64,000 bases of DNA. It comes from an uncultured Verrucomicrobiota bacterium. Lineage in GTDB: Bacteria; Verrucomicrobiota; Kiritimatiellia; CAIKKV01; CAITUY01. The notes under the pieces were generated by a model. The model had not been told where the DNA came from and ran no database searches. It was given only the letters and a program-made list of their open reading frames with translations. Below, one piece after another: positions 19,094 through 30,159 of the stretch. Both the position numbers and the translations under genes were made by a program. The stretch covers positions 16,453 to 80,452 of the forward strand of contig CAZDUS010000003.1 in NCBI GenBank assembly GCA_964508705.1. Direction: 5' to 3'. How positions within the stretch are numbered: position 1 is the first letter of the stretch; each line of letters begins with the position of its first letter.

Positions 19094-19978
19094 ATGGTCA
19101 ACATACCGGTATTGCATGTGGAAGGTCGGTCCTTGGCGGAAGCTTACGAGCGAGCGGTCTGCGAGCTGGCGGAACATGGCACACGTTTCCGAACCCAGTA
19201 TGATAAGCCCGGGGACCCTGAGAGTATTGATTCCACCATGAGCATCACGGTGCTGGATCCATTGGCTGATCCGATGATCCACAAGGCATTTCCTGGCGGT
19301 ATCGAGGACTTACGCGAATATGTGATGGAACTTCAGGGGGCGAAGGATCACTGGGTTAAGAACATGAATGATCCTGCCGACACACGCTGGGAATATACCT
19401 ACCATGGGCGGCTCGCGAATTACGGGTCATGGAAGGAATTACGTGACTATGAATCGGTTGAAGGCGGATCCTTCAAGATCAACCAGATCGATGCCGTGAT
19501 TGATAAGCTGGCAAGGCAACCCTTCACCCGCCAGGCGCAGATGATTACCTGGATGCCCACGATGGATTTGGAGTGTTATGACCCGCCTTGCCTGCAGTCA
19601 TTGTGGTACCGGATCCAGGAGGATGCGGCTGGGATATGGTGGCTGAACTGTAATATCCGTTTCCGAAGCAATGATGCGTGGGGCGCCAACTTCATGAATA
19701 TGTTCGGGTTCACGATGTTCAATCGTGATGTGGTGGCGGCTGGCGTAGCCGAGCGAGCCAAGCGGGATGTGCGATTGGCCCGCATGAATTGGCACGCGGA
19801 CTCTTTTCATATCTACGGCAAGGACATACATGCGGCGCAACAGCGGTTGTTTGACCGGATTAAAACGACGACGTTTGATGAACGTGTCTACCACTTCGCC
19901 GATCCCATGATACAGGATATCTACAAGGAAGCAGAAGCCGTTGTAGTTGAAAAAATCCGGGAGTTCGACGCGCGTTAA
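19094..19978 (+). CDS. thymidylate synthase (ThyA) family protein, divergent/archaeal-like
   Basis: 294 aa with catalytic-Cys region 'YDPPCLQSLWY', 'FRSNDAWGANFMN' and 'INQIDAV'. AAGGAG RBS. Confidence 0.75.
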   Translation: MVNIPVLHVEGRSLAEAYERAVCELAEHGTRFRTQYDKPGDPESIDSTMSITVLDPLADPMIHKAFPGGIEDLREYVMELQGAKDHWVKNMNDPADTRWEYTYHGRLANYGSWKELRDYESVEGGSFKINQIDAVIDKLARQPFTRQAQMITWMPTMDLECYDPPCLQSLWYRIQEDAAGIWWLNCNIRFRSNDAWGANFMNMFGFTMFNRDVVAAGVAERAKRDVRLARMNWHADSFHIYGKDIHAAQQRLFDRIKTTTFDERVYHFADPMIQDIYKEAEAVVVEKIREFDAR

Positions 19979-20009
19979 TTAACGAGCAGAAACGGAAGGA
20001 ACCCTAGCG

Positions 20010-21287
20010 ATGCGCATCCTTGTCACGGCGGGGCCGACGCGTGAGCATCTTGATCCAGTGCGATTCCTGAGTAATCGTTCATCGGGGAAGATGGGTTATG
20101 CCGTGGCGGATGTGGCCAGGAGGCGCGGGCATGAGGTGGTGCTTGTATCCGGGCCAGTGGCCTTGCCAGCTCCTGATGGAGTCCTGATCGCGAAAGTGAC
20201 GTCCGCAGAAGACATGCTGAAGGCTGTTAAGCATCATTTCACCACCTCTGATGTGTTAATCATGGCGGCGGCAGTGGCGGACTGGCGTCCCGTGTCCTGC
20301 AGAGGGCAAAAGATCAAGAAGCTTAAGACGGATGGGGACCTCCGTTTGGAGCCTACCCCTGACATTCTAGCGACTCTACGCCCTTTGAAGGGTGATCGGA
20401 TTGTTGTTGGGTTCGCGGCTGAGACCGAAAACCTATTGTCCGAAGCCAAGCGCAAGTGCGAGAGCAAAGGACTTGATCTTATTGTGGCCAATGATGTCGG
20501 GCGCAAGGATGCCGGATTTGATGTTGATACCAATCAGGTGGTGTTTTTGTTGCCTGATGGCCAATCAGAATCGTTGCCGTTAATGAGTAAGCAGGCTGTT
20601 GCCGGTCGTATTATTGACTGGGTTGAGAGTCGGCAAGGGAGTGGAACGCACTCTGTCGGCCATCGGCGTGATATCACGATTGCGCGCGAGAATGGGGGCG
20701 AGCGGTTGGCGCAAATCATGGAATTTATCCGCGAAGTGGATAAGCTCAAGCATGTGTATAGAAAGACGCTGCTGATGGATGGCAGTCGTTACGAAAATGA
20801 CGCTGAGCATTCATGGCATTTGGCGCTGATGGCTGTATTGCTGGCTGAGTACGCCAATGTGCCGGGATTGAACGTTTCGCGGGTCATGGAAATGGTGCTT
20901 GTGCATGATCTGGTTGAAATCGATGCGGGTGACACCTATTGCTATGACGATGCAGGCAACTTGAGCAAGGCGGCGCGGGAACGGGTGGCGGCTGATCGGG
21001 TGTTTGGGTTGCTGCCGGCTGACATTGGGAGTCGTGTGCGCGGGTTATGGGAGGAATTTGAGGCGCGTATTACCCCGGAGGCAAAATTCGCTGCCGCGCT
21101 AGATCGAGTGCAACCATTGATGCACAACTATTTTACGGGTGGTGTCGTATGGCGTAATCACGGGGTCGGGTGCGAGAAAGTGCGCGACCGGAATCATCAT
21201 GTTGTGGATGGGTCCGTTGTCTTGTGGGAATACGCTGAGTCATTGATCCGACAGGCGGTGGACGATAGTTTACTGGCCCGTGAGTAG
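20010..21287 (+). CDS. fusion protein: phosphopantothenate-cysteine ligase (CoaB) domain + HD-domain YfbR-like phosphohydrolase
   Basis: Residues 1 to ~200 carry 'ILVTAGPTREHLDPVRFLSNRSSGKMG' and 'AAAVADW' (CoaB). Residues ~235-425 carry 'AEHSWH' and 'VHDLVEIDAGD' (HD motif). No CoaC flavoprotein domain is present. Confidence 0.8.
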   Translation: MRILVTAGPTREHLDPVRFLSNRSSGKMGYAVADVARRRGHEVVLVSGPVALPAPDGVLIAKVTSAEDMLKAVKHHFTTSDVLIMAAAVADWRPVSCRGQKIKKLKTDGDLRLEPTPDILATLRPLKGDRIVVGFAAETENLLSEAKRKCESKGLDLIVANDVGRKDAGFDVDTNQVVFLLPDGQSESLPLMSKQAVAGRIIDWVESRQGSGTHSVGHRRDITIARENGGERLAQIMEFIREVDKLKHVYRKTLLMDGSRYENDAEHSWHLALMAVLLAEYANVPGLNVSRVMEMVLVHDLVEIDAGDTYCYDDAGNLSKAARERVAADRVFGLLPADIGSRVRGLWEEFEARITPEAKFAAALDRVQPLMHNYFTGGVVWRNHGVGCEKVRDRNHHVVDGSVVLWEYAESLIRQAVDDSLLARE

Positions 21288-21290
21288 GGA

Positions 21291-23072
21291 GTGATTTTTA
21301 TGGCAGCAAAAAAATTCAAGCTGTTGTTTGTCTCGGCAGGTGATGCAAGCCGGAGCCGTATGGCGGCTGGATTTGCGCGGGCGAAAAAGCGTCGGGATGT
21401 TGAAATACGAAGCGCGTCGCTAACCAGCAGGGATTCCGATCCGGTCGCAGATGCTGTGATGCTTGGGCTGGGGGTGGATATGGCTGGCGAGACGGCGTAT
21501 CTGCTGCCGGAAGCCGCTGGGTATAATTGTGATGTCGTTGTATCCCTCTGTTGCAGCGCATCGGAGAAATGCAGGACCTTGCCTGGGAATCCAATTCATC
21601 TTCACTGGGAAGTTTGTGGGGTGGAGATTCAGGGGTTGGATGATTCCGGGCGGCTGGCCGCTTATCAGAATTTGGCCAAGGCGATGCGTGACAGGGTTGA
21701 TGAGCTGTTTGATCATGGTTACTTGAGCGCTTTGTTGAACGCCAGGGCGCAGGCCAATCTGATTCTTGATCATCTTTCTGATGGAGTCATTGTTCACGAT
21801 CTTCAGCGGAGGATTCTTGTATTCAACCAGGCGGCGGAGCGGATTACCGGATATCGGTGCGAAGATGTTGTGAATCAGGATTGTCATGAGGTTATGGCTG
21901 GCGGTTTATGTGGTGGCAAATGCTCGTTTTGTGACAATTCGCCCATTCTGGAAGCCGACGGCATGCGTGAAGTGGAAGTTGCCACCGCATCGGGTGAGCG
22001 ACGACGCATAGAGATGAATTTAACGTACATCAAGGATCAGGACGGTCGTGCGTCTGCAGTGATGGCGTGTTTCCGGGATATCACCCGTGAACAGCAATTG
22101 GCGCGACGTTTGGGTGAGATTGAGCATTTTGCCGGCATCATCGGGCGGGACCCCAAGATGTTGGCATTGTTTGACCTTATACCAGAACTGGCTGAATCCA
22201 TGGCGCCGGTGCTGATCCAGGGGGAAAGCGGCACAGGGAAGGAACTTATTGCGGCGGCGTTGCATAACGAGGGGCCTCGCGGGACGCAGTCATTTGTGCC
22301 TGTGAATTGTGGCGCCTTACCTGAGGGCTTGCTTGAAAGCGAGCTTTTTGGACATGTGCGTGGCGCATTTACAGGTGCCATCCGCGACAAGAAGGGGCGT
22401 TTTGAGTTGGCGGATGGAGGGACTATCTTTTTGGACGAAATTGGCGACATTTCCGCGGCGATGCAGGTCAAACTACTCCGAGTCCTGCAAGAAGGCTGTT
22501 TTGAGCGTGTCGGCAGTGAGAAGACCATTAAGGTCAATGTCCGGGTGATCAGCGCGACAAACAAGGTGTTGTCGAAAGAGATGGCGGAAGGGCGTTTCCG
22601 TGAAGACTTGTATTACCGTTTGAGTGTGGTGCCGTTAACGGTTCCTCCGCTACGGGACCGGCGTAATGATATTCCGCTATTGGCGAATCATTTTCTTGCC
22701 AGATTTAGCGATAAGCCAGGGCGAAAAACGGTTGAGTTTTCAAATTCAGCGATGGATTTGATGATGTCGTATGCTTGGCCTGGAAATGTGCGTGAGTTGC
22801 AGAATTGGATCCAGTTTGCCCTGATCAAGTGTAAAGGAGATAACATTAATATGGAACATCTCCCTCCCGTGGCGCTTGCCCCCATGAAAGGGGGGGCGGT
22901 AAGCAAAGGTGGCAATGAGGTGCGAGAAGGGCAGAGCGGAAAGTTCAAGTTGGATGAGGGGCTGGTGCGAGATGCCTTGGAGAGAAGCAGGGGAAATAAG
23001 GTAGAGGCGGCCCGTTTGTTGGGAGTTTCGCGCGCAACCCTCTACCGATTTATCGACAGCCAGGAGCCATGA
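21291..23072 (+). CDS. sigma-54-dependent transcriptional activator (LMW-PTP/ArsC-like sensor + PAS + AAA+ + Fis HTH)
   Basis: 593 aa. N-terminal 'KLLFVSAGDASRSRMAAGFA' (degenerate CX5R loop), PAS, 'GESGTGKE', 'GAFTGA', and C-terminal 'AARLLGVSRATLYRFI'. GTG at 21291 or ATG at 21300. Confidence 0.9.
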   Translation: MIFMAAKKFKLLFVSAGDASRSRMAAGFARAKKRRDVEIRSASLTSRDSDPVADAVMLGLGVDMAGETAYLLPEAAGYNCDVVVSLCCSASEKCRTLPGNPIHLHWEVCGVEIQGLDDSGRLAAYQNLAKAMRDRVDELFDHGYLSALLNARAQANLILDHLSDGVIVHDLQRRILVFNQAAERITGYRCEDVVNQDCHEVMAGGLCGGKCSFCDNSPILEADGMREVEVATASGERRRIEMNLTYIKDQDGRASAVMACFRDITREQQLARRLGEIEHFAGIIGRDPKMLALFDLIPELAESMAPVLIQGESGTGKELIAAALHNEGPRGTQSFVPVNCGALPEGLLESELFGHVRGAFTGAIRDKKGRFELADGGTIFLDEIGDISAAMQVKLLRVLQEGCFERVGSEKTIKVNVRVISATNKVLSKEMAEGRFREDLYYRLSVVPLTVPPLRDRRNDIPLLANHFLARFSDKPGRKTVEFSNSAMDLMMSYAWPGNVRELQNWIQFALIKCKGDNINMEHLPPVALAPMKGGAVSKGGNEVREGQSGKFKLDEGLVRDALERSRGNKVEAARLLGVSRATLYRFIDSQEP

Positions 23073-23102
23073 ACCGCAAGGGTTGGTGGTTGGCCTGAAA
23101 AG

Positions 23103-23150
23103 TACAGTTCTGTATGTAAGTGGTGGGTTGTGTTACAAAAATGTAGCACA
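23103..23150. promoter_or_regulatory. two palindromic candidate activator (UAS) sites sharing a TACA-N4-TGTA core
   Basis: TACAGTTCTGTA at 23103-23114 is a perfect palindrome. TGTGTTACAAAAATGTAGCACA at 23129-23150 has one mismatch. Their centres are 31 bp apart and lie ~85-115 bp upstream of the -24 element. Confidence 0.3.
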
Positions 23151-23222
23151 TGGATGTCTAGCCTTTTGATTACTCTGGGCTTAAATGCCGAATTCTTGGG
23201 TGTTTTTCGTCCAAATGTGATG

Positions 23223-23238
23223 TGGCATGAATAATGCT
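23223..23238 (+). promoter_or_regulatory. sigma-54 (-24/-12) promoter upstream of glnN
   Basis: TGGCATGAATAATGCT compared with consensus TGGCAC-N5-TTGCW. GG (23224-5) and GC (23236-7) have the canonical 12-nt offset. Sits ~120 nt upstream of the glnN ATG and next to a sigma-54 activator gene. Confidence 0.6.
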
Positions 23239-23356
23239 GAATGGTCCGATGTAATTTTATAAAGGGTCGGTATGGATGTATTCTGTCCTGACGATGTTTT
23301 GTTTATTGTGGTGATCAAATAGAAGGCGGTATTAAACCGAAAAGGAGAATGAGCTC

Positions 23357-25480
23357 ATGAACTGTTGTGATGTGGCGAAGGAAAATCTGAGTTTGCCTGA
23401 AGTATTTGCTTCAAACGTGTTTAACGATGCTGTGATGCGGGCTAGGTTGCCGAAGAACATCTATAAGAAACTCAAGTCAGCCATTGACGAAGGGAAAGAG
23501 TTGGATCCTGCCGTGGCTGATGTTGTGGCGAATGCCATGAAGGACTGGGCGGTCGAGAAGGGTGCGACGCATTATTGTCACTGGTTTCAGCCGATGACGG
23601 GGATTACGGCTGAAAAGCATGATTCTTTTATTTCGCCGACTTCCGATGGTCGCATCATGATGGAGTTCAGCGGCAAGGAATTGGCGCAAGGAGAGCCTGA
23701 CGCCTCATCGTTCCCTTCCGGCGGGATTCGCGCGACATTTGAAGCGCGCGGCTACACGGTTTGGGATTGCACGTCACCAGTCTTTGTTAAGAAGGATGGC
23801 GATAATATAACGCTTTTCATTCCGACCTCTTTTGCGGCTTATACGGGTGAAGCGTTGGACAAGAAAACGCCTCTATTGCGATCCATGCAGGCGTTGAACA
23901 AGCAGGCGATCCGCGTTTTGCGCGCGCTGGGCAATAATAAGAGTCGGCGTGTTGCGGCGACGCTTGGAGGGGAGCAGGAGTATTTTCTGGTCGATCGTCA
24001 GTTTGTCGAGAAGCGCGCGGATATCCGGTTTACCGGTCGTTCGCTGATAGGGGCGCCTTCGCCGAAGGGGCAGGAGATGGAGGATCAGTATTTCGGATCG
24101 CTTCATGAGCGCGTGGCCTCCTTCATGGCGGATTTGAACGAGGAGCTATGGAAGCTCGGGGTGATGGCAAAGACGCAGCATAACGAGGTTGCACCCGGAC
24201 AGCACGAGATTGCTCCGGTATTCGCCACAGTGAATATTGGCGTCGATCACAACCAGCTTACCATGGATATGTTACAACGCGTTGCGCGGCGTCACGACTT
24301 TGTATGTCTGTTGCATGAGAAGCCTTTTGCGGGTGTTAACGGGTCCGGAAAGCACAATAACTGGTCGGCCGTGACTGATGACGGCGTTAACTTGTTGAAT
24401 CCCGGCAACACGCCGCACGATAACATGCAGTTTCTGGTGTTCCTGTTTGCGGTGATTCGCGCTGTTCACAAGTACTCGTCATTATTGCGCGCCACGGTTG
24501 CTACGCCAGGCAATGATCATCGTCTGGGCGCCAACGAGGCTCCGCCCGCGATCGTGTCGATTTTCCTCGGGGAGCAATTGACGGACATTTATCGTCAGAT
24601 CAAGGAAGGCGGAGCGAGTCGGTCAAAGCAAGGTGGCCGGCTTGAACTTGGGGTGACGCATTTGCCGGCAATTCCCAAGGACACGACGGACAGGAACCGG
24701 ACATCGCCATTCGCGTTTACCGGAAACAAGTTTGAGTTCCGCATGCCCGGATCTTCGCAGTCCCTGGCAGGGCCTAATTTCGTGCTAAACACGATTGTTG
24801 CGGAAACACTTTCCGAAATCGCAGACCACTTGGAAGGGACCAAGGATGTCAACGGCAAGGTTCAGAAGCTGTTGCAGAAGTATGCCAAGGAGCACGAGGC
24901 GATTATCTTCAATGGTGACAACTATTCCGCGGAGTGGGTTATCGAGGCCAAAAAGCGAGGGTTGCCGAATATCCGTAATTGTGTGGACGCCATCAACACC
25001 ATGATGGAAAAGGATAATGCGGGCGTATTGGTGAAGCATGGCACCCTGACCAAGGGTGAGGTAAAGGCGCGTCATGAAATCCTGCTTGAGAACTATGCCA
25101 AGCTGATCAATATCGAGGCGAAAACGATGTTGCAGATGCTTCGTCGGGAAATCCTGCCTGCAGTGATGAAGTATGCAGGAAGCATTGCCTCGGGCATTTC
25201 CGCGATTGAGGCAACGGGCGAGACGGCATCGGCCCAGCTTGGGTTGTTGCGTCGTTTGAACAACGGTGCAGCTGAAATGATCATGGCTATTGATGAGTTG
25301 GATGCGGCGGTTGCGAAGACGCAGGAGGAAAGTCATGCGGAGAAAAAGGCCGCAGCATTTCGTGACAACGTTATACCGGCTATGGCGGCATTGAGAAGCG
25401 TATCTGATTCACTGGAGCCGGTGGTCGGTTCCGAGTTCTGGCCGCTTCCGACCTATGCTGATATGTTGTTCAGTCGATAG
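23357..25480 (+). CDS. glnN: glutamine synthetase type III
   Basis: 707 aa with '[13 protein letters not shown]' and '[12 protein letters not shown]'. Length is typical of GSIII. AAGGAG RBS. Confidence 0.92.
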   Translation: MNCCDVAKENLSLPEVFASNVFNDAVMRARLPKNIYKKLKSAIDEGKELDPAVADVVANAMKDWAVEKGATHYCHWFQPMTGITAEKHDSFISPTSDGRIMMEFSGKELAQGEPDASSFPSGGIRATFEARGYTVWDCTSPVFVKKDGDNITLFIPTSFAAYTGEALDKKTPLLRSMQALNKQAIRVLRALGNNKSRRVAATLGGEQEYFLVDRQFVEKRADIRFTGRSLIGAPSPKGQEMEDQYFGSLHERVASFMADLNEELWKLGVMAKTQHNEVAPGQHEIAPVFATVNIGVDHNQLTMDMLQRVARRHDFVCLLHEKPFAGVNGSGKHNNWSAVTDDGVNLLNPGNTPHDNMQFLVFLFAVIRAVHKYSSLLRATVATPGNDHRLGANEAPPAIVSIFLGEQLTDIYRQIKEGGASRSKQGGRLELGVTHLPAIPKDTTDRNRTSPFAFTGNKFEFRMPGSSQSLAGPNFVLNTIVAETLSEIADHLEGTKDVNGKVQKLLQKYAKEHEAIIFNGDNYSAEWVIEAKKRGLPNIRNCVDAINTMMEKDNAGVLVKHGTLTKGEVKARHEILLENYAKLINIEAKTMLQMLRREILPAVMKYAGSIASGISAIEATGETASAQLGLLRRLNNGAAEMIMAIDELDAAVAKTQEESHAEKKAAAFRDNVIPAMAALRSVSDSLEPVVGSEFWPLPTYADMLFSR

Positions 25481-25502
25481 GAATAGTTGTGGATTTTGCG
25501 CA

Positions 25503-25531
25503 GGGGGTGTCGTTGTACGACACCCCCTTTT
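25503..25531 (+). terminator. rho-independent terminator after glnN
   Basis: GGGGGTGTCGT-TGT-ACGACACCCCC forms an 11-bp perfect stem and is followed by TTTT. Confidence 0.85.
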
Positions 25532-25569
25532 AACATCGTCATTGTCTGCCAATATCCATTGTATGTATA

Positions 25570-28500
25570 GTGCCACCAACAGAATCAGAGGAGCTGTTCA
25601 CCGTGATACCCGATCAGTCTGGCAACGAAATGAATGGCGACGGTTTACCGCTTGCCCAAGGGTTGTATGATCCTTCATTGGAGCGGGATGGCTGTGGTGT
25701 CGGTTTTTTGGCGGCCATTGATGGCAAGGCTAGTCATTCTGTTGTGCGTGATAGTATTGAGGTTCTGAAGAACTTATTGCATCGGGGGGCGGTGGGTGGG
25801 GATTCCATGACGGGGGATGGTGCGGGCATACTGATTCAAATTCCGGATAAGTTCTTTCGTGCCGAAGCAGAACGTCTTGGATTTTCCCTGCCCGAATCAC
25901 GACGTTATGGTGTCGGCATGATATTTATGCCTCAATCCGGGGCCCAAAGTGTATGTATGAGGCTTGTTGAGGAAGTCATTGCCGATGAAGGATTAGACTG
26001 CATCGGCTGGAGAGAGGTTCCAACGGACGCAACAGGTCTCGGAGAGATTGCTCGAAAGACTCAACCGCTGGTCATGCAGGTGTTTATTGGGGGGAAGGGG
26101 CTTTCTGGCGCGGCTTTGGATCGCAAATTGCTGGTCGTGCGGAAGCTGGCGCAGAGGAAGGCGCTGGAAGAATTGAGTGGCAATGGCCGACTTTACGTTC
26201 CCAGCATTTCCTGCAGAACGATTGTCTACAAGGGCTTGCTTATGGGCGGGCAGGTTTCCAGTTTCTATTCAGAGATCAATAATCCCGCTGTAGAGAGCGC
26301 TGCGGCTGTACTGCATCAGCGATACAGCACGAACACGTTTCCCTCGTGGGAATTATCACAACCTTTCAGACTCCTGGCTCATAACGGTGAGATCAATACC
26401 TTAAGGGGAAATCTCAATCAGATGCGCTCGCGTGAGTCCGGGATGGAGTCACCCCTATTTGGTGACGATATTCATAAGATATTCCCGGTCATTGATGGGG
26501 GCGGCAGTGATTCCGCGTGTTTGGATAATGCGCTGGAGATGCTCGTGGCAGGCGGGCGTTCATTGCCGCACGCCATGATGATGTTAATACCTGAGGCATG
26601 GGGGACCCAGTATCCAATGGGGCCGGATCAGCGGGGTTTCTTTGAGTATCATGCGGGTTTGATGGAGCCATGGGACGGTCCGGCAACTGTTGCTTTCACC
26701 GATGGCGATCTGGTGGGAACATTGCTGGATCGTAATGGTTTGCGGCCTGCGCGTTACACCCTGACAGTCGATGGCTATATCGTAATGGCGTCCGAGGCAG
26801 GCGTTCTGGATATTCCGGCTGAGCGGGTGAAGGAGAAAGGGGCTCTGAGGCCGGGGCAAATGTTGCTGGTGGACCTCAAGCAAGGCCGGGTAATCAAGGA
26901 CAAGGAAATCAAGAGTCAGATGGCGAGACGGCAGCCGTATCGACGATGGGTTGAAGAAAACAAGGTGATGATCCAGGGGCTGTTTGAGGCCGTGGCCACC
27001 TTGACTCCTGATCGCGAAGTCTTGCTTCGGAAAGAACGGTTGTTTGGGTACACGCGAGAAGATCTCCAGATGATTCTTGAGCCCATGGCGTCGAAGGCGC
27101 ATGAGGCGGTTGGGTCCATGGGTACGGATACCCCGCTGGCTGTATTTTCCGAAAAGCCACAACTGCTATTTGCGTATTTCAAACAGATGTTTGCTCAGGT
27201 GACCAATCCTCCAATCGATCCGATCCGGGAACAGTTGGTGATGTCGCTAATGACATTTATTGGAAATCCATCAAACATTCTCACGGAGATTCCCCAGCAC
27301 GCACGACTGATTAAATTGCGGCATCCAATTCTCGCGAATGACGATCTTGATCGAATACGAAACATGACGCTGCCGGAATTTCATTCGCAGACAATACGCA
27401 TGGGGTTCAAGGGCGGGGGGAGTAGGGATGATTTGGAGAGAGCGATTGACGGACTGTGCTGTGAGGCTGAATCGGCGGTTAAGCAAGGACGCAACCTGAT
27501 TATTTTAAGTGATCACGATTTGCAGGCTGATATGGCCCCGATTCCGTCCCTCTTGGCGGTGTCGGCCGTCAACTCGCATCTTGTGCGGCAGGGATGCCGG
27601 ACAGGCGCGGGATTGATTGTGGAGACCGGTGAAGCCAGGGAGGTTATGCATATGGCATTACTTCTCGGATATGGCGCCACGGCGATCAATCCTTATATGG
27701 CGTTCGAGATTGTGGCTGACATGGCACTCCAGAGGGAGTTAAGCGTGGATGTTGGTGTGGCCAAGGCGCTTGAGAATTATGTGGCGTCGTTATGCGAAGG
27801 GCTTCGGAAAATAATGTCGAAGATGGGTATATCCACCCTGCGCAGTTACAGAAGCTCGCAAGTGTTTGAAGCCATTGGATTGAGCCAGGAAATTATTGGT
27901 CGATACTTTGCGGGAACGGCGTCGAGAGTGAATGGCGTCGGGATGGATGTAATTATTGCCGAGGCTAACGCCCGTTATCAAGATGCGTGGGGAGCAGCTC
28001 CGCAGGAGGCGGCTTTATTGCCCGCCGGCGGACATTATCGTTTTCGAGCCGATGGCGAACGCCATCTATGGTCGCCCGAGTCGATTAGCAGGTTGCAGCG
28101 GGCCACACGAAGTGGTGACGCGGTCCTATACCGTGAATATGCCGGCCTCATCAATGAGCAAGCGGAGCGACAATTCACCTTGCGAGGATTATTCAGGTTC
28201 AAGGATGCCAAGCCGGTGCCTATCGATGAAGTTGAGCCAGCTGCTGAAATTATGAAGCGGTTTGTGACAGGCGCCATGTCGTTTGGTTCCATCAGTCGGG
28301 AAGCGCATGAGACGATGGCGATTGCGATGAACCGGATTGGAGGGAAAAGCAACAGTGGCGAGGGGGGAGAGGACCCCGCCCGTTACACACCGCTTCCGAA
28401 CGGTGACAGCCGATGCAGTGCCATCAAGCAAGTTGCCAGTGGTCGCTTTGGTGTAACGGCGGAATACTGCGTCAACTGCCGTGAATTGCAGATCAAGATT

Positions 28501-30159
28501 GCCCAAGGAGCCAAACCGGGAGAAGGCGGACAGTTGCCTGGTCATAAGGTCAACGAGGAAATTGGCAGGGTCCGTTTTGCCACTCCGGGGGTGACCTTGA
28601 TTTCGCCGCCGCCGCATCATGATATTTACTCGATCGAGGACATCAAGCAACTGATCTACGATCTCAAGAATATCAATACGGAGGCACGGGTTTCCGTCAA
28701 GTTGGTCTCGGAGCTTGGGGTGGGAACGATTGCGGCCGGGGTTGCCAAGGCCAAGGCGGACATGATCTTGATAAGCGGGTATGACGGGGGTACGGGCGCT
28801 TCGCCATTGTCATCGATTCGACACGCGGGGGCCCCATGGGAACTGGGGTTGGCGGAAACCCAGCAGACGCTCATGCTTAATAATCTTCGGGGCCGGGTCC
28901 GGCTGCAAGTCGATGGACAAATCAAGACCGGAAGGGATGTTGTAATTGCCGCCTTGCTTGGAGCCGAAGAGTTTGGCTTTGCCACGACGGCATTGGTTGT
29001 CATGGGGTGTGTCATGATGCGGAAGTGTCACAATAACACTTGTCCAGTGGGTGTGGCCACTCAGGATCCCGAGTTAAGAAAGCTGTTTTCAGGGAAGCCA
29101 GAGCATCTGGAGCGTTTCTTTGGATTTATTGCCGAGGAAGCCCGCGAAATCATGGCCGGGCTGGGTGTGCGGACGATTGATGAATTGGTTGGGCGCGTTG
29201 ATCTGCTGGAGATGAACGAGGCAGTCACGTTCTGGAAGTCCAAGGGGATGGACATTTCCAAGATTTTACACCGGGCGAATATTGATGGTCCGACGCGATG
29301 TGTTGAACGTCAGAATCACGAACTAGATCAGGCGATGGACCTCACACTGGTTTCACAGGTTGAATCGACGATAGAAACCGGGAAGCCTGTCCGTATTGAG
29401 CAAGCAATTCGGAATGTAAATCGGACAGTGGGGACGATGATAGCCAGTCGCATTGCGAGGAAATATGGACATGCAGGGTTGCCGGATGACACGGTAACCC
29501 TTGGATTCCATGGGGCGGCGGGGCAGAGTTTTGGAGCGTGGTGCACACGAGGCATGACCATGATTCTCGAAGGCGAGGCGAATGATTATGTCGGGAAAGG
29601 GCTGTCGGGCGGGAAAATAATCCTGAAACCGTATGCCTTGACGCGATTTATGCCATCAGAAAATATCATTGCCGGAAACGTGTTGTTGTATGGAGCCACT
29701 TGTGGGGAGATTTATATTCATGGGAGGGTCGGAGAACGATTTGCCATTCGCAACAGCGGCGCGTATGCCGTTGTTGAGGGCGTCGGCGATCACGGGTGTG
29801 AATACATGACGGGCGGGAGGGTAGTTGTGCTTGGGCGGACGGGGGTTAACTTTGGCGCAGGGATGAGTGGTGGCTTGGCCTACGTTTATGACGAGGATCG
29901 CAACTTTGACAGCCGGTGCAACCTGGATATGGTGGATCTTGAATTGGTTGTTGATCAGCGCGACCAGAATGAATTGAAGGCGATGCTGAAAAAGCACGTT
30001 GCCTACACCGGGAGCCCGAAAGCGACGGCAATATTGGCCGAATGGGATGAGCATTTGCCTTATTTCATCAAGGTTTTCCCAATGGAATATCGTCGTGTTC
30101 TAGGGAAAATGATGCTTGAGGATCAGGCCACGGAACGCGCGGAGGTGGTCCATGGGTAA
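25570..30159 (+). CDS. gltB: glutamate synthase large subunit
   Basis: 1529-aa ORF with Ntn-amidotransferase 'CGVGF' and FMN/Fe-S and GXGXG domains. The start is ambiguous. GTG at 25603 has a GAGGAG 9 nt upstream, and ATG at 25630 is also possible. Confidence 0.95.
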   Translation: MPPTESEELFTVIPDQSGNEMNGDGLPLAQGLYDPSLERDGCGVGFLAAIDGKASHSVVRDSIEVLKNLLHRGAVGGDSMTGDGAGILIQIPDKFFRAEAERLGFSLPESRRYGVGMIFMPQSGAQSVCMRLVEEVIADEGLDCIGWREVPTDATGLGEIARKTQPLVMQVFIGGKGLSGAALDRKLLVVRKLAQRKALEELSGNGRLYVPSISCRTIVYKGLLMGGQVSSFYSEINNPAVESAAAVLHQRYSTNTFPSWELSQPFRLLAHNGEINTLRGNLNQMRSRESGMESPLFGDDIHKIFPVIDGGGSDSACLDNALEMLVAGGRSLPHAMMMLIPEAWGTQYPMGPDQRGFFEYHAGLMEPWDGPATVAFTDGDLVGTLLDRNGLRPARYTLTVDGYIVMASEAGVLDIPAERVKEKGALRPGQMLLVDLKQGRVIKDKEIKSQMARRQPYRRWVEENKVMIQGLFEAVATLTPDREVLLRKERLFGYTREDLQMILEPMASKAHEAVGSMGTDTPLAVFSEKPQLLFAYFKQMFAQVTNPPIDPIREQLVMSLMTFIGNPSNILTEIPQHARLIKLRHPILANDDLDRIRNMTLPEFHSQTIRMGFKGGGSRDDLERAIDGLCCEAESAVKQGRNLIILSDHDLQADMAPIPSLLAVSAVNSHLVRQGCRTGAGLIVETGEAREVMHMALLLGYGATAINPYMAFEIVADMALQRELSVDVGVAKALENYVASLCEGLRKIMSKMGISTLRSYRSSQVFEAIGLSQEIIGRYFAGTASRVNGVGMDVIIAEANARYQDAWGAAPQEAALLPAGGHYRFRADGERHLWSPESISRLQRATRSGDAVLYREYAGLINEQAERQFTLRGLFRFKDAKPVPIDEVEPAAEIMKRFVTGAMSFGSISREAHETMAIAMNRIGGKSNSGEGGEDPARYTPLPNGDSRCSAIKQVASGRFGVTAEYCVNCRELQIKIAQGAKPGEGGQLPGHKVNEEIGRVRFATPGVTLISPPPHHDIYSIEDIKQLIYDLKNINTEARVSVKLVSELGVGTIAAGVAKAKADMILISGYDGGTGASPLSSIRHAGAPWELGLAETQQTLMLNNLRGRVRLQVDGQIKTGRDVVIAALLGAEEFGFATTALVVMGCVMMRKCHNNTCPVGVATQDPELRKLFSGKPEHLERFFGFIAEEAREIMAGLGVRTIDELVGRVDLLEMNEAVTFWKSKGMDISKILHRANIDGPTRCVERQNHELDQAMDLTLVSQVESTIETGKPVRIEQAIRNVNRTVGTMIASRIARKYGHAGLPDDTVTLGFHGAAGQSFGAWCTRGMTMILEGEANDYVGKGLSGGKIILKPYALTRFMPSENIIAGNVLLYGATCGEIYIHGRVGERFAIRNSGAYAVVEGVGDHGCEYMTGGRVVVLGRTGVNFGAGMSGGLAYVYDEDRNFDSRCNLDMVDLELVVDQRDQNELKAMLKKHVAYTGSPKATAILAEWDEHLPYFIKVFPMEYRRVLGKMMLEDQATERAEVVHG

